Below are positions 1 through 12,345 of a DNA stretch of 64,000 nucleotides, piece after piece. This stretch comes from Lingula anatina (taxonomy: Eukaryota > Animalia > Brachiopoda), in assembly GCA_051362555.1 (NCBI GenBank), contig CM120641.1, positions 1,054,001 to 1,118,000 of the forward strand, read 5' to 3'. Each line of letters opens with the position of its first letter. Position 1 is the first letter of the stretch. The position numbers were made by a program, and so were the translations under genes. A model generated the notes under the pieces. That model did no database searches. It saw only the letters and a program-made list of their open reading frames with translations, and had not been told where the DNA came from.

Positions 1-378
1 GCACATACACTCAACTGAAACAACTTTTTTTCTAGAAAATAAGTTCCAATCCTGTGTTTTTCATATAAAAAGACACTAGTACAGTGATCTATCCCATTCC
101 TCAAGTACATGGACCTAGAAATTGTGTTTCCTATAATTAAGTATTTTTATTCAGGGTTTCAAAACAACTTTAGCTGGCTGGCTGCTTTAGCCACTTTAGG
201 CAACTTGATAAATTCAAGAAGGTAATCAATCACCTTGTTCTGGGGCCCCTGAATTAAGAAAACAATTCAATAGAAAAACAATTTCTAGGCTCTGAAAACT
301 TTGATTCAAGAAAAACAGCATGCTTGTAATGCAGTAAACAAAACCCCATAAGAAATCAATAAAGAGGTTTGAACATAC

Positions 379-1641
379 CTCCCTGTTTAAAATTTTTAAG
401 AGATGGGCGCTTCACCACTTGGATATGGTCCCCTATTATATACACTTTATACAAGACAGCGTCGTGATTTGTAAAACTCTGGGCTACACATGGAGGCGGG
501 AGGTCACGTAGGCCATCTTCATTGAATACAACTGCAAGCTACAGACAATAATGTTACAATTTATACAATTTATTACAATTTATATTAAAATTATAGCTTA
601 AAAACTTAATGAATCAACAAGTGTATAATTGTACACAAGTGCATAAGTGTTACAGGTAAGAAAATCAAATTATTAATCAATTAAACAGACAAACCCTTCA
701 GCTGTACCCATTATAATTTTTTTCATTAAAATCCTATTCAGACTAACTCTAGTAAAAAGACATTCTGTTTCCATCCCCCAATGTACAAGAGTTAAGCAGT
801 CAAGTGAAGTGCAGAAACTTTGTCTGGCAGACATTAAATGAAGAGCAATCCCCCCACATTGTACTTACATGATGACACTCTGCAGAACCATGAGCTGCAG
901 CAGGTTTATATACTGAAATAGAATTTTAAAAACTTGTAGTCAGAATAAACTTTAAATAGAAAACAAATCCAAGTGCACAAGAGAATAACTATTGCTAATC
1001 CTTAACTATTATATAAGCAACAAACATATTTGATAATTTGACATATGATCAGCAGAGGAAAATCCAGACATTCCTCACTTCTGGAAGCACTTTCCTAAAA
1101 TTCTTACAAGCAGTTAAATGATGTGGCTGATGTATAATGATCTATGGAGAAATGTTAAGATATTGCTCCTATTTAGTTTTGAAAACAGTGACCATTTAGA
1201 AAAGGTTCAAATGATAAGCTACAGGTTCACTGGATATAACTAAAAACTTGTAATGAAAATAATTAAATTGCTTTGATTTTTAATTACACACAGTCTATGC
1301 AAAAAGCAATTTACATCTGTTTTGGATTATAAACCAATATAAACAAAGGCTACACTGAAATAAGTGGGTGAAGGATATGCCATTGTCTTGCACATACAAC
1401 AGTGTAAAACAGTGTATGTATCAAAATACTCACTAAAAGGGAATGTTATTCCTGCTTGCTCAATTAGCTTCTTGTTACTTGACACATCTGTGTTTGTGAG
1501 TTCAACAAAATTTGGTATAAAATACTGATCATCTGAAAATAATAAAAAATTTAATAAAATATTTCAGTTTGTAACTTAAAACATTAAAATTTCAAAGCTT
1601 TGTTGGATAAAAAAGTAAAATTCACAGACAGACAGGGAGAG

Positions 1642-1682
<41 letters not shown>

Positions 1683-4600
1683 ATGGTTGGAACTGCAAGA
1701 GAATTTGCTTCAACGTGTTCATGCAAAATCCCATGACCAACTGAGATGGGTGCCAGGAAGCTTAAGAAACATCTACCCAACAAAACTGGAAACACAACCA
1801 GAGTTACCATTATGTTCAAAGACTTAAGTACCCTTTACACTGGACGGCATCCTTTCTGTATCCCGTAGTACAGTTCCATTTCCATACTTTACTTGCCAAC
1901 AACTGGCTGGTCACTGAGCATTCATTCTGCAACCAAAGAGATGTTTCTGCCTTTTTTCTATGACCACAGCTATGCCAGTTTCGTGGTCTCACAAAGGATT
2001 CAGAAAGGATGCTGTCCAGTGTAAAGGGGGTTTAAGGGAAGTAAGTACCTTGAAGTTTCTGAAAGCAGTCTCTGGCAGCCTGGTATTGTTCCCGTCTGTC
2101 TATCATTCTGGCAACCTTATCAAAGGGATCTATTACCAGTAAAGAGGGGCATCTCTGGAAATGGGACTGAAATAAAATAATGTAATACAATAATATTTTG
2201 ATTAAATCAAGGTGTAATTAAAGTAGAATTTCTGAAAAATAATTTAACTGATGTAAATTCTTTTGTTTTGCAGGTGCTTCTTTTATTTATTTATTTTTTT
2301 TTTTGGGGGGGGGTTGAAGGGGGGACATACATTTGAATAAATTCAGAAGAATGCAAATTGATATGTGAAAAGGGCATTAATAGGTTACTTAGCAATGGAG
2401 ATTTATATCCATCAATCCACATTTCTTGACCACGTTTACCACAATGCTTTAACATTTAAAAACCTTATCACAAAACACCTTAATGATTACCACAAACTTC
2501 TTGGCTATAATGTTTGCCATATTACTCCTGTTGTTACTTACTAATGTCAAAGACTGCTCATTGCATTATTCAAAACATCTTTGATGGGTCAAAAAAGAAA
2601 AAGTTTCTGATGCATAACCCAACCTTGGATTCAGAACTTTCTAATAAAAGGCATTAGTTGCTTTAAATGATTGATTTTGGAAAGTACACCTGTGAGACTT
2701 CTGTCTGATAAGAACCACATGGTATATACAGCACTGCCTTAAGTGTTAACATTTGAACTTTTACTCTACACTAGTAAGTATACACAGCAATACCAGTGCA
2801 CCCAGTACAAAATGCAGTGCATAACTTTATTTTAAAAGGAAATATGCAGCCTGTGCAAAATACCAAGATTTTCATCTTTCTAAGTACAAGTATCTAGCAA
2901 GATGGATGGCCAACTGCAAAGGTCCTTAGCTAATATAGCATAATTATATAGTACAGGCTTGTCCTTGGTTTTATTGCCCAGAAAAATGTGAAAAATTCAC
3001 CAATATCAGCACATAAATGTAAATGTTAACATGAGTCATAATCATAAGGCAATTGGACATGCGTAGTCGTAGCCTCAATAGTGTGTGCTGTCCCTCAGAG
3101 CATAATAAAAAGGTGGAGATAATGAGATTATGTAAGCTAATTAAAATAAAGGCCAAATCATATCATAAACCTTACTTCTTTGTTTGTACAAATATGTTAA
3201 TATTTGTGGACAGATTTATATGGGAACCTCATTTACATGTAACTCAATACAAACATTAATTAAATAGACTAGGAAGAATTAACATAATCCTCTATTTGCA
3301 TTAAAAAGAACACACATGTATTACCAATACTTTCAATGTACTGATATTGATAATACATTCTTGATATTAACACATGAAACAATAGACTTATCCTGAATTC
3401 AGATTAGTATATCTACAAACAAAGCCCAAGTACTAGTAAGTTTATTAGTGAATTACAGATAGCATTCAATAATGTGTTTGTTTTCAAAAAAATGAATGTA
3501 CTGAGTATGTAAATAACTGTAAATACCTGAAACTTTTGGACTAATTCTTTGGCCTCCTCATCCCCATCTAATGCTGACCCTATGTCATCAGAGAGTTTGT
3601 GAATAAATACATCAAATGGACCCTGTTTTTCCAAATCTTCTGGCTCTTTTATCTGCAGATGAAAAACACTCCTGATCATGTTTACTTTTATACTGAAAAA
3701 TATCTATGAAGATGAGATCTTTAAGAGTAAGCATTTAATTTTCATGAATATTTTCAGGATAATTCTACAGATCCAATTTAAACTCCCATCAATGGCAAGA
3801 AATACATTTACTAATTAATGTTCAACAATTTATTTTATTGACAATAACACAAATAGCATAATGAGTAGTTGTAATCAGTTCTTATCATATATTTTTTTTA
3901 CTTGTACATACAGACATTGGAATTTCAATGTCGTTTGGAAAGATTTTGTAATGAGTGCTAGTAAGCTGATTTCAGATCTCCTATAAATCAAAATATTTTA
4001 AATTTATTTCTGTAGACTTGTTCATCTTACTAGCCAATAACCCAAGTTTCAACCACAATGCAGGCCAGTTTAATCATATAGATAGATCTATATTTCAACA
4101 AATGGCTGCTCATATGAAAATGTAGAAAGTGGAATGCATGGGAATAAAAGCTCAGGGCATGTTTAAATTAAAACATAAAACTACCCTAGATATGAACTAA
4201 CAATGCAGAGCAATAAATCAATAAATAACACTGTGGTTAGGTGTTATTTAGCATAGATTATATGGGGTGCAGGGGTGACCTTGTTTAAGTCTCATGCAGA
4301 AAAATAAAATAAAAATCATTGAATTTCTTTATGAAACTTGTATATGAGATCACGTATGTGCTGGAAGACAGTTCCATAAAAGCAATCTAAATTCCATAAA
4401 TTGTTTCTTGGTCTTGATTGTGTGACAAAAATAAAATAATCTTTGATGACATCTGTTTATATAAGCAGTCAAGCAAGATCTACTCAAGACCAGCTTAAGA
4501 CACTCCTTGATTGTCATACTGCATGTCTCTTTATTGTACTAGTCAAGATACATAAGTGACATACATTTTAAAAACTCCTGTATCAAATTATCAACAGTCT

Positions 4601-6072
4601 GATTGACCTTCAGAGAAGAATTCATCAGCAGTGTTATGTTATTAGAATAAAGCAATTTTTCTTCAATCCACAGTTAAATATTGAAATAGTTTTCCTGATA
4701 AGGTTGCTCTGATAGACATTGAAATACTGGAGGTAAACAATTTCAATATTTATCTGCTGATTGAAGAAAAAATTACTTTAGTCTGATTGAGCTTACCCTG
4801 ACAGCTTCATAGCCTGCATCCCTGAAATGGAAAACACATAAAATCATTTACTAGTATGAGTTAAAATAAACAGCTCATATGGTGAGCACTATAACATAGA
4901 GTATTCTAGTATGTTTGATGCTGGGGTGAATGTATGCTATACAGTACTAGTACAAATACTGCATAAAACATGTGCTACCTGACTGTGGTTTTACTACTGA
5001 AGATCTACTGATAATAAGGATGTTGAAATTAATATATCACCATTTCTTATGGGCAGGGAAAGGCTCAACATAGACAAGAAGAAACAAATTAGGAAAACAA
5101 TTATTTTACACTAAAATGGGCTTCAAAGAAGATAACTTTATAATGTTATCACTGATTAATATATGCAGAGAAGTTTATTTTACCACACTAGAAAAATACC
5201 CTGCTGCAAGATGCTTTGAACCTGTCATTTACATGTACTTAAATAAATGTTTCATCTGGCAAGTGTTGTTTGACATATTGTCATCTGCTATACATTTGTT
5301 AATGTCTTCAGTTTTATCTCTTTTACCTCCATTTACTTGTTTGATCAGCCCCTTTCACAGTATGTAGTACACTTGGAGATGTACTGCTAACTGAACAGCC
5401 TAGCTGGCCATGTAGCAAATACATGGTTTATCAGATCAATTCTGTTTCCAAGGACCAAAAAGATAAAACCCATTATACACTGTAGCTTGAAGACATAGGT
5501 TTAAACCTGTTAAAATGGCGCAAAACAGAAAAGCATATTGCTCCCTGTAAAAAGGCCCTCGATCTCTGTTACTTTGATGTCTGGAGTGTTTTGTTTTAAT
5601 GTCAAGGTGAAATCAATGCAGCAGTCCATGCTCACAGCCCGTTACATGACAACTCCTCCAGTCTGAGGCAGCTCCTAGCTTACAGAATGAGTTTTTGACG
5701 ATTTTTGACACGGTACTCGTACACAGCGATCTTACATTTTTGTATGTACACTGCTACACGTAATACTGCTCAGATTTTACTGCTCACAGTTGAGTCTGAA
5801 TTAAAGTCAGTTATACATATCTCACGATATTAGATGTAAACTGACCTGCTTACCTGGGGCACCTAGCTTACACTTCACCTGGTAAAATGTTGAAACGGAT
5901 CAGCGTCTCAATCATAACTATGTAAAGAAATTTCGTTTACTTTAACTTGGCATTCGCCAATGAATGTCCTTAGTTAGTTACTTAGTAGACCTTACCTGCA
6001 AATATCATGAAAGGTTGCAAATTTCATCTTTTTAAACTTTTTGTCGGTAACCCAGTACCCTATCCGCTTCAT
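379..6072 (-). CDS. ITPK1: Inositol-tetrakisphosphate 1-kinase, 5' part (7 coding exons; gene continues beyond left edge)
   Basis: GT-AG exons with consistent phases: 6072-5996 (MKRIGYWVTDKKFKKMKFATFHDICR), 4821-4797 (DAGYEAVR), 3652-3527 (IKEPEDLEKQGPFDVFIHKLSD...), 2166-2049 (...LLVIDPFDKVARMIDRREQY...), 1532-1434 (...FIPNFVEL...GITFPF), 912-869 (IYKPAAAHGSAECHH), 538-379 (LAVVFNEDGL..PPCVAQSFTNHDAVLYKVYIIG..VVKRPSLKNF). Motifs QGPxDxxIHKL, KP.xAHGS and NH.AVLYKV..RPSLKN are recalled ITPK1 signatures. Confidence 0.95.
1637..1679. repeat. (GA)n microsatellite in ITPK1 intron
   Basis: Direct GA run. Confidence 0.9.
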
Positions 6073-6285
6073 GTTGTCCCAAACTGTTTTAATGCACTGA
6101 AACTGTTTAAAGTGTCCTTTGATTTGGTCTGTGAAGTCAACAGTACATAGAAGTACGGGCGTGAGTTCAGCTCCGACGTTTCAATGATTCCACTTCTTTA
6201 TCAATCTTCATTTAGGTCAAGGTCATTCAGGCACCTTCACGAGGTCACAAGGTCCAAGAGAGTACAGCTGTCGGTAGGAGGTAAA
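6073..6285. promoter_or_regulatory. Probable bidirectional ITPK1/LYSET promoter with a putative non-coding LYSET exon 1 ending at 6280
   Basis: ITPK1 ATG at 6072 (-). A + strand donor-like GAG|GTAAAC lies at 6280/6281. The LYSET coding exon has a strong acceptor at 21594, so an upstream exon is required. Its placement here is inference. Confidence 0.45.
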
Positions 6286-6289
6286 CGTC

Positions 6290-6537
6290 TAAAGTATTCA
6301 CTGGTTCTACTTACGGAGTGAGATTGTAGATCACTGTGTATTGTGTCTCAATTCTGATTATTTTTTGTCGTCTGTACCGTACACGTCTGCACGGTAGCTG
6401 TGGTTGAGTTGTACTCACCGGGATCAGGCAGGGAAGTTGGACTCTCCACCTGGTGTGCGCAGTACTTACCGTAATTGCGCGCTCTCCGCGCAGGGAGAGC
6501 ACACCGGGTGAAGGTAGGAAAATGCACGAACACAACA
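6290..6537 (-). repeat. 3' LTR (TGTTG...ACTTTA)
   Basis: Identical to 20243-20490; preceded on the - strand by a purine tract. Confidence 0.93.
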
Positions 6538-6551
6538 TTCCCCCCACTTTT
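6538..6551 (-). other. Polypurine tract (AAAAGTGGGGGGAA)
   Basis: Directly abuts the TG of the 3' LTR on the - strand. Confidence 0.85.
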
Positions 6552-6652
6552 ATTTGAAAGGAGCTAATTATAAATACATGTTTGTCCATGTACAAACTTA
6601 AAATTCCTTTGGATAAATGAAATAAAGTGGATTCCAGTTGAAATATTCGTAC

Positions 6653-7129
6653 AGACTGTCATTAGCTGTTAGTGCTAACAACATCACCGAGGTGATAGTC
6701 CGCCGAAGAAAAATACAAAAAATAAATAAACAGCAGAACAGACTGTGATGAGCTGTTCATTCACCAGCCAGTCACATCACTAAAAATAAAGTGATAGTCC
6801 GTTCCAAAAATTCTTATAAATAAATGAAAAGAAAAATGGAATGCAAAAATAAGATCCCGGTATTTCAAAAATTTCATCAAATTAGACTGTAGTCACGTGT
6901 TAACACAAAATAAAGCTACATAACAGTTATAGTCCATTGATCACAATAGACTGTAGCGATTTATTAACACAAAATAAACTACATCACAGAGTGATAGTCA
7001 TATGGACTGTAGTCATGTGTTAACACAGAAATAAGCTACATAACAGTTATAGTCCATTAATTGATCTTAATAGACTGTAGCCATTTTTCTTAAACACAAA
7101 AATAAACTACATCACAAAGTGATAGTCTA
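6653..7129 (-). other. Array of six putative three-way-junction RNA motifs
   Basis: Units at 6653-6701, 6740-6800, 6884-6935, 6948-7000, 7004-7055 and 7071-7129. On the - strand each reads GACT-ATCAC/ATAAC-loop-GTGAT/GTTAT-GT..hairpin..AC-AGTC. Confidence 0.7.
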
Positions 7130-7750
7130 ATTCTTTAAGGATATTGCTAGCAATATTTTTAATTTTCCCCATTGGAAATTTTTCACCGTGACGTCACGTT
7201 TTCTTATTAAACACTGGTGCTAATGTCCACACAAACTGAGACTCTTGTCAGCCTTGCATGAATCCGGTTGTTAACATTCCGTTAACAATGCCCCCTATGC
7301 TTTCTGCATGACACACGCAAGCATCCACCGCATACGCGATTTAAGGGATTCGGCATTCTCGGCTTCATTTCCACGTTGAGTGACTTAAGACCGACCAAGA
7401 TCAAAATTGTCTCTAGTAAAAACATATTTCAATTTAGAAAACACCCCTTCTAAATTTGATTCTACACTATTCCCTTTAGATACTTTAAACATCACTTCCA
7501 GATGTCCAGGGATAACCTGTTTTACTAGAGACACGCAACCCGAAGAGTCTAGCCCGATGTGAACGTCACCAGCATTTTTATTTAAATTTGGACTCCCGAT
7601 GTTTGGAGTCTTGAAAGATGTTATACTACCGGTAGTTTTGTGTTAATTTTAAGTTTTACAAACGTCTTCCAGTGAATGGGGCACTTGAAGGGCCCTTAGT
7701 GCTTCCACCCACCTTCAGAGTCTGTGACATTTAGTCCTTTTCAATCGGTT

Positions 7751-7920
7751 ACTTGTTCTAGGGATATTCTCGAAATTAGGGGAATTAACACTTGAAACCC
7801 CTGCAGAATTTAATCCCACAAGTTAGGTCTTGGTTCGGGTGTACACTTGTTCTAGGGATGTTACCAGTTATAGGAGGGTGAATGAAAACCTCCACTAGTA
7901 TGTTTTATCCCACAAGCGTA
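7751..7920 (-). other. Two copies of a bulged long-hairpin RNA motif
   Basis: 7751-7823 and 7842-7920: CUUGU-GGGAU...AUCCC-UAGA-ACAAG, with covarying inner stems. Confidence 0.6.
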
Positions 7921-8228
7921 TTTTAAGATTCGATACCGGTTCTAGAAACAGCTGATTTTATGAATAATTTCAGGTGTTCCCACCGGTACATCGGTACATG
8001 TTGTCTCATCAGCTTTGTAACTGATAATGCAGGCACAGATTTTTTTTTTAACTTTACAATCCACCCCCCTAAGCTAATATCAATCCAATTTAGAGGTTTC
8101 CAAAATGTGTTTGCCACTTGCAGCTACCACATGACTTTACCGCATGAAGTTTTCTTTATTGATCGGAATTTTCGGACAGCACCATTCTCTGAGTCAGTAA
8201 CCCCATTTTACTCTTTATTTCTTTATAG

Positions 8229-8468
8229 GTACGAATATTTCAACTGGAATCCACTTTATTTCATTTATCCAAAGGAATTTTAAGTTTGTACATGGACAAA
8301 CATGTATTTATAATTAGCTCCTTTCAAATAAAAGTGGGGGGAATGTTGTGTTCGTGCATTTTCCTACCTTCACCCGGTGTGCTCTCCCTGCGCGGAGAGC
8401 GCGCAATTACGGTAAGTACTGCGCACACCAGGTGGAGAGTCCAACTTCCCTGCCTGATCCCGGTGAGT
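8229..8468 (+). repeat. Inverted internal copy of the element 3' end, left part (115 bp internal sequence + PPT + first 125 bp of LTR from 8344)
   Basis: Reverse complement of 6413-6652. Confidence 0.92.
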
Positions 8469-8779
8469 GAGAGGACGCAGACTCGCTTTAGGAGAAACCG
8501 GCAATCCAGGTCAGAAAATGGCGGAAACGGCAAATCAGGACACAGGCAAATCAGGACAGTAATAGATGGCGCAGCAGTAGAACATCAACAATACTAGAAT
8601 TAGCAAGGAGAGGGATTTTGCTTTTAATTAAATAATACGTGAACGTTTTCTAGAACTTGATTCACTTTAGTATTAAGTATCATATTATGATACACCCAAT
8701 ATAGGCCCTACCAATTAAGATTTTTAAGTTACTAAGCTTTGTGACTTTTAAGCAACAGTACGTGGCATATGGGTAGGCC

Positions 8780-8908
8780 TACCCTCTACCAGGGCGACAG
8801 ATTGATTTTCCACAGATATTCACAGATATATCTAAAGATAAATAGACTGTCATTTTGGCTCTCAGCAAAAAATGTCCACAATAATAACTGCGGCCCTGGT
8901 AGAGAGTA
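8780..8908. mobile_element. MITE, TACCCTCTACCAGGGC TIR family
   Basis: TIRs TACCCTCTACCAGGGC / GCCCTGGTAGAGAGTA; relatives at 54081-54219 and 57416-57827. Confidence 0.75.
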
Positions 8909-9489
8909 GCATATGAGTATGTACGGTACGTGGTTTTAAGTTCACGCCCATCACTCAATCAAATAATATATAGAGAGAGCAACAACGAAAAAAGGTTTAG
9001 TTAAAAGAAAATTCACTTTTGCATTGTTAATGTATAGGCCTACTGAATCCCTATGTAATGCATGCATGTATGAAGAAGTTGTTATATAGAAAAAAACAGT
9101 AGGCCTTATATTTACCCGGACCCTGGACTCGTGTTAATTCAAAATATATTACCATCATCAACATCAAAAAGGCAATAATTTTCAGAACAAAATTAAACAA
9201 TGTTGAACAGATAGGCCTATAACAGAGATGGGGACAAATTTGCATTTGTAAAACAAATAAAAAATAAACGTTAATAATTTCTTAAACCGCCGTACATCTA
9301 GCCCACCAGATGTGCAGAGATAAGAGGTCATTTTAGAGGCGATATCAAAAAGTTATTTACGTATCTCCCCCCTTCTCTCTCTCTCTCTGATCTTTCAATG
9401 GGTTATCTGATATCATAGATAATTATTTTTATCCATTTCTTTATAAGATTAGATCTATACAAATTTTAAAAAGTAACAAAGAAATGCAG

Positions 9490-10774
9490 TGGGATATTTA
9501 ACAGATATGTCAAGGAGACAGTTATTTTTACAAATCGTTGTAAAATGTGGAAAAAAAAAGAAATGACAATAATTTTAACGTAAAAGATTTACTGTCCTGA
9601 TTTGCCGTTTTCTCCCAAATGTAACTGATACCATATGAGTGGTGAAGTCATTAGAGAAAGCAAACGCAGGAGTTGAATGCCTTTCAACGCCGCCCCCCCT
9701 CCTGCTTCTTAACACAGCTCTCTTTCTCTTCCTTTCTCACACACTTTCTCTCTCTAATCCTTCAATAGGTTTTCTGCTTTATTTCCTTTATTTATTTTTC
9801 CTTCCTCTACGAGATTATATATTTTTTTAAAAGAAAAAAAAATTGTGGGACATTTAACAGATACACTGTATGTCTAGGAGAAACTTTTCTTACAAATCAT
9901 TGTAAAATGTGAAGAAAAAAAGGAAGTAACAATAACATTAACGTAAAAGATTTACTGTCCTGATTTGCCGTTTTCTCCCAAATGTAACTGATACCACATA
10001 AGTGGAGAAGTCATTAGAGAAAGCAAACGCAGGAGTTGAAAGGCATTCAACGCCCCCCTCCTGCTTCTTAACACAGCTCTCTTTCTCTTCCTTTCTCACA
10101 CACTTTCTCTCTCTAATCCTTCAATAGATTTTCTGCTTTATTTCCTTTATTTATTTTTTCCTTTCTCTACAAGCTTATATATTTAAAAAAAAAGTTGTGG
10201 GACATTTAACAGATACACTGTATGTCTAGGAGACACTATTTTTACAAATCTATGGAAGCGTGTAAGGGTGTCAATAATATGAACGTAAAAGATTTACTGT
10301 CCTGATTTGCCGTTTTCTCCCAAATGTAACTGATACCACATGAGTGGAGGAGTCATTAGAGAAAGCAAACGCAGGAGTTGAAAGGCATTCAACGCCCCCC
10401 CCCCTCCTGCTTCTTAACACATCTCTCTTTCTCTTCCTTTCTCACACACTTTCTCTCTCTAATCCTTCAATAGATTTTCTGCTTTATTTCCTTTACTTAT
10501 TTTTTCCTTTCTCTACAAGATTATATATTTTTTAAAAGAAAAAAAGTTGGGGGACATTTAACAAATACACTGTTCGTCTAGGAAACAATTTTTTAAAACA
10601 AATTATTGTAAAATGTGGCAAAAAAGGGAGAAAAATTTTAAAGCAGAAGATTCACTGTCCCGATCTGCCGTTTTCTCCCAAATGTAACTGATACCACATG
10701 AGTGGAGAAGTCATTAGAGAAAGCGAACGCAGGAGTTGAAAGGCATTTAAGCCCCCCTCCTGCTTATCCCCACA

Positions 10775-10817
<43 letters not shown>

Positions 10818-11930
10818 AACACACTTTTTATCACTGATCTTTCAATATGTTTTCTGCTTTAATTCCTTTTATTTTTTTTATTTCTATACAGGATTCTACA
10901 TTTTAAAACGGAAGATAAAAGACGTGGGACATTTAACAGATACACTGTATGTCTAGGAGACAATTTTTTGTTACAGATCATTGTAAAATATGTAAAAAAA
11001 AATTACTGTCCCGATTTGCCGTTTTCTCCCAAATGTAACTGATACCACATGAGTAGGGAAGTCATTACAGAAAGCAAACGCAGGAGTTGAAAGGCATCCA
11101 ACGCCCCATCCCTCCTGCTTCTTCATGCATCTTTCTTTCTCTTTCTCTCTCTGTTCCTTCAATAGGTTTTCTGCTTTATTTCCTTTACTTATTTTTTCCT
11201 TCCTCTACAAGATTATATATATTTTTAAAAGAAAAAGTTGTGGGACATTTAACAGATACACTGTATGTCTAGGAGACACTTTTTTTACAAATCATTGTAA
11301 AATGTGAAGAAAAAAAAAAGAAAGTGACAATAATATTAACGTAAAAGATTTACTGTCCTGATTTGCCGTTTTCTCCCAAATGTAACTGATACCACATAAG
11401 TGGAGAAGTCATTAGAGAAAGCGAACGCAGGAGTTGAAAGGCATTTAACGCCCCTCCTGCTTCTTCCCACATCTGTTTCTCTTTGTCTCTCTCTCCCATT
11501 CTCACACACTTTCTCTCTCTAATCCTTCAAAAGATTTTCTGCTTTATTTCCTTTTCTTATTTTTCCTTTCTCTAAAAGATTATATATTTTTTAAAAGTTG
11601 TGGGACATTTGACAAATACACTGTATGTCTAGGAGACAAACTCATTTAACGCCACTCCTGCTTCTTCCCACATCCTTCTCTCTCTCTCTCTCTGATCTTT
11701 CAATAGGCTGTCAGCTTTAATTTCTGAACCATTTTTTTATATATGATTTTTATATAAGATTATATAAAAAATTACAAAAAATGCAGTGGGATATTTAACA
11801 GATATGTCTAGCAGACAATATTTTTTACAAATCTTGGTAAAAGTGAAAAAAAGAAAGAATCAAAAATATTAACCTAAAATATTTCCTGGCCCACTCTGCC
11901 GGTTTCTCCCAAATGTAACAAATACTACAT
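9490..11930 (+). repeat. Tandem array of ~350-bp units, left arm of the foldback element
   Basis: Anchor CTGTCC(T/C)GATTTGCCGTTTTCTCCCAAATGTAACTGATACC at about 9592, 9955, 10297, 10655, 11006 and 11353; degenerate copies near 11886, 12520, 12885 and 13220. Confidence 0.9.
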
Positions 11931-12262
11931 ACGTGTAGAGAGTCCTTTATAGCAAGCAAGCGATCGAATTTGTAAGGGTCTGTTTACTGCCTCAAGGAAC
12001 CGGTGTCAAAATGAATTAGAACTTTTAGCCCCTGAAAGGTTGCATTCATTCATTAGATCTAAGGTTTGTCTACAAAAGTGGCTTGATATCATAACACCAG
12101 CTCCGTTTTCAATTTATGCATATTATAGTGGACTTCTAGTTTTGAGGGTATAAAGATCATGCTGACATCAGTTATATCTCCTTGGCTGGTTAAGAAGATC
12201 AAGAAGTTATAACTTCTTGAGAAGATACATGTAGCCACCCTGGTAATCTCATCCGCAACCCC

Positions 12263-12311
<49 letters not shown>

Positions 12312-12314
12312 GCG

Positions 12315-12345
<31 letters not shown>

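Noticed and set aside
6653-7129. microRNA cluster or tRNA-derived repeats
   Set aside because: The units fold as branched junctions with short stems, not ~30-bp hairpins or cloverleaves, and contain no recognisable mature miRNA or A/B boxes.
7960-8012. Hammerhead ribozyme (CUGAUGA ... GAAA on the - strand), which would make the element a retrozyme
   Set aside because: No stem II pairing between CUGAUGA and GAAA, and no convincing stems I/III.
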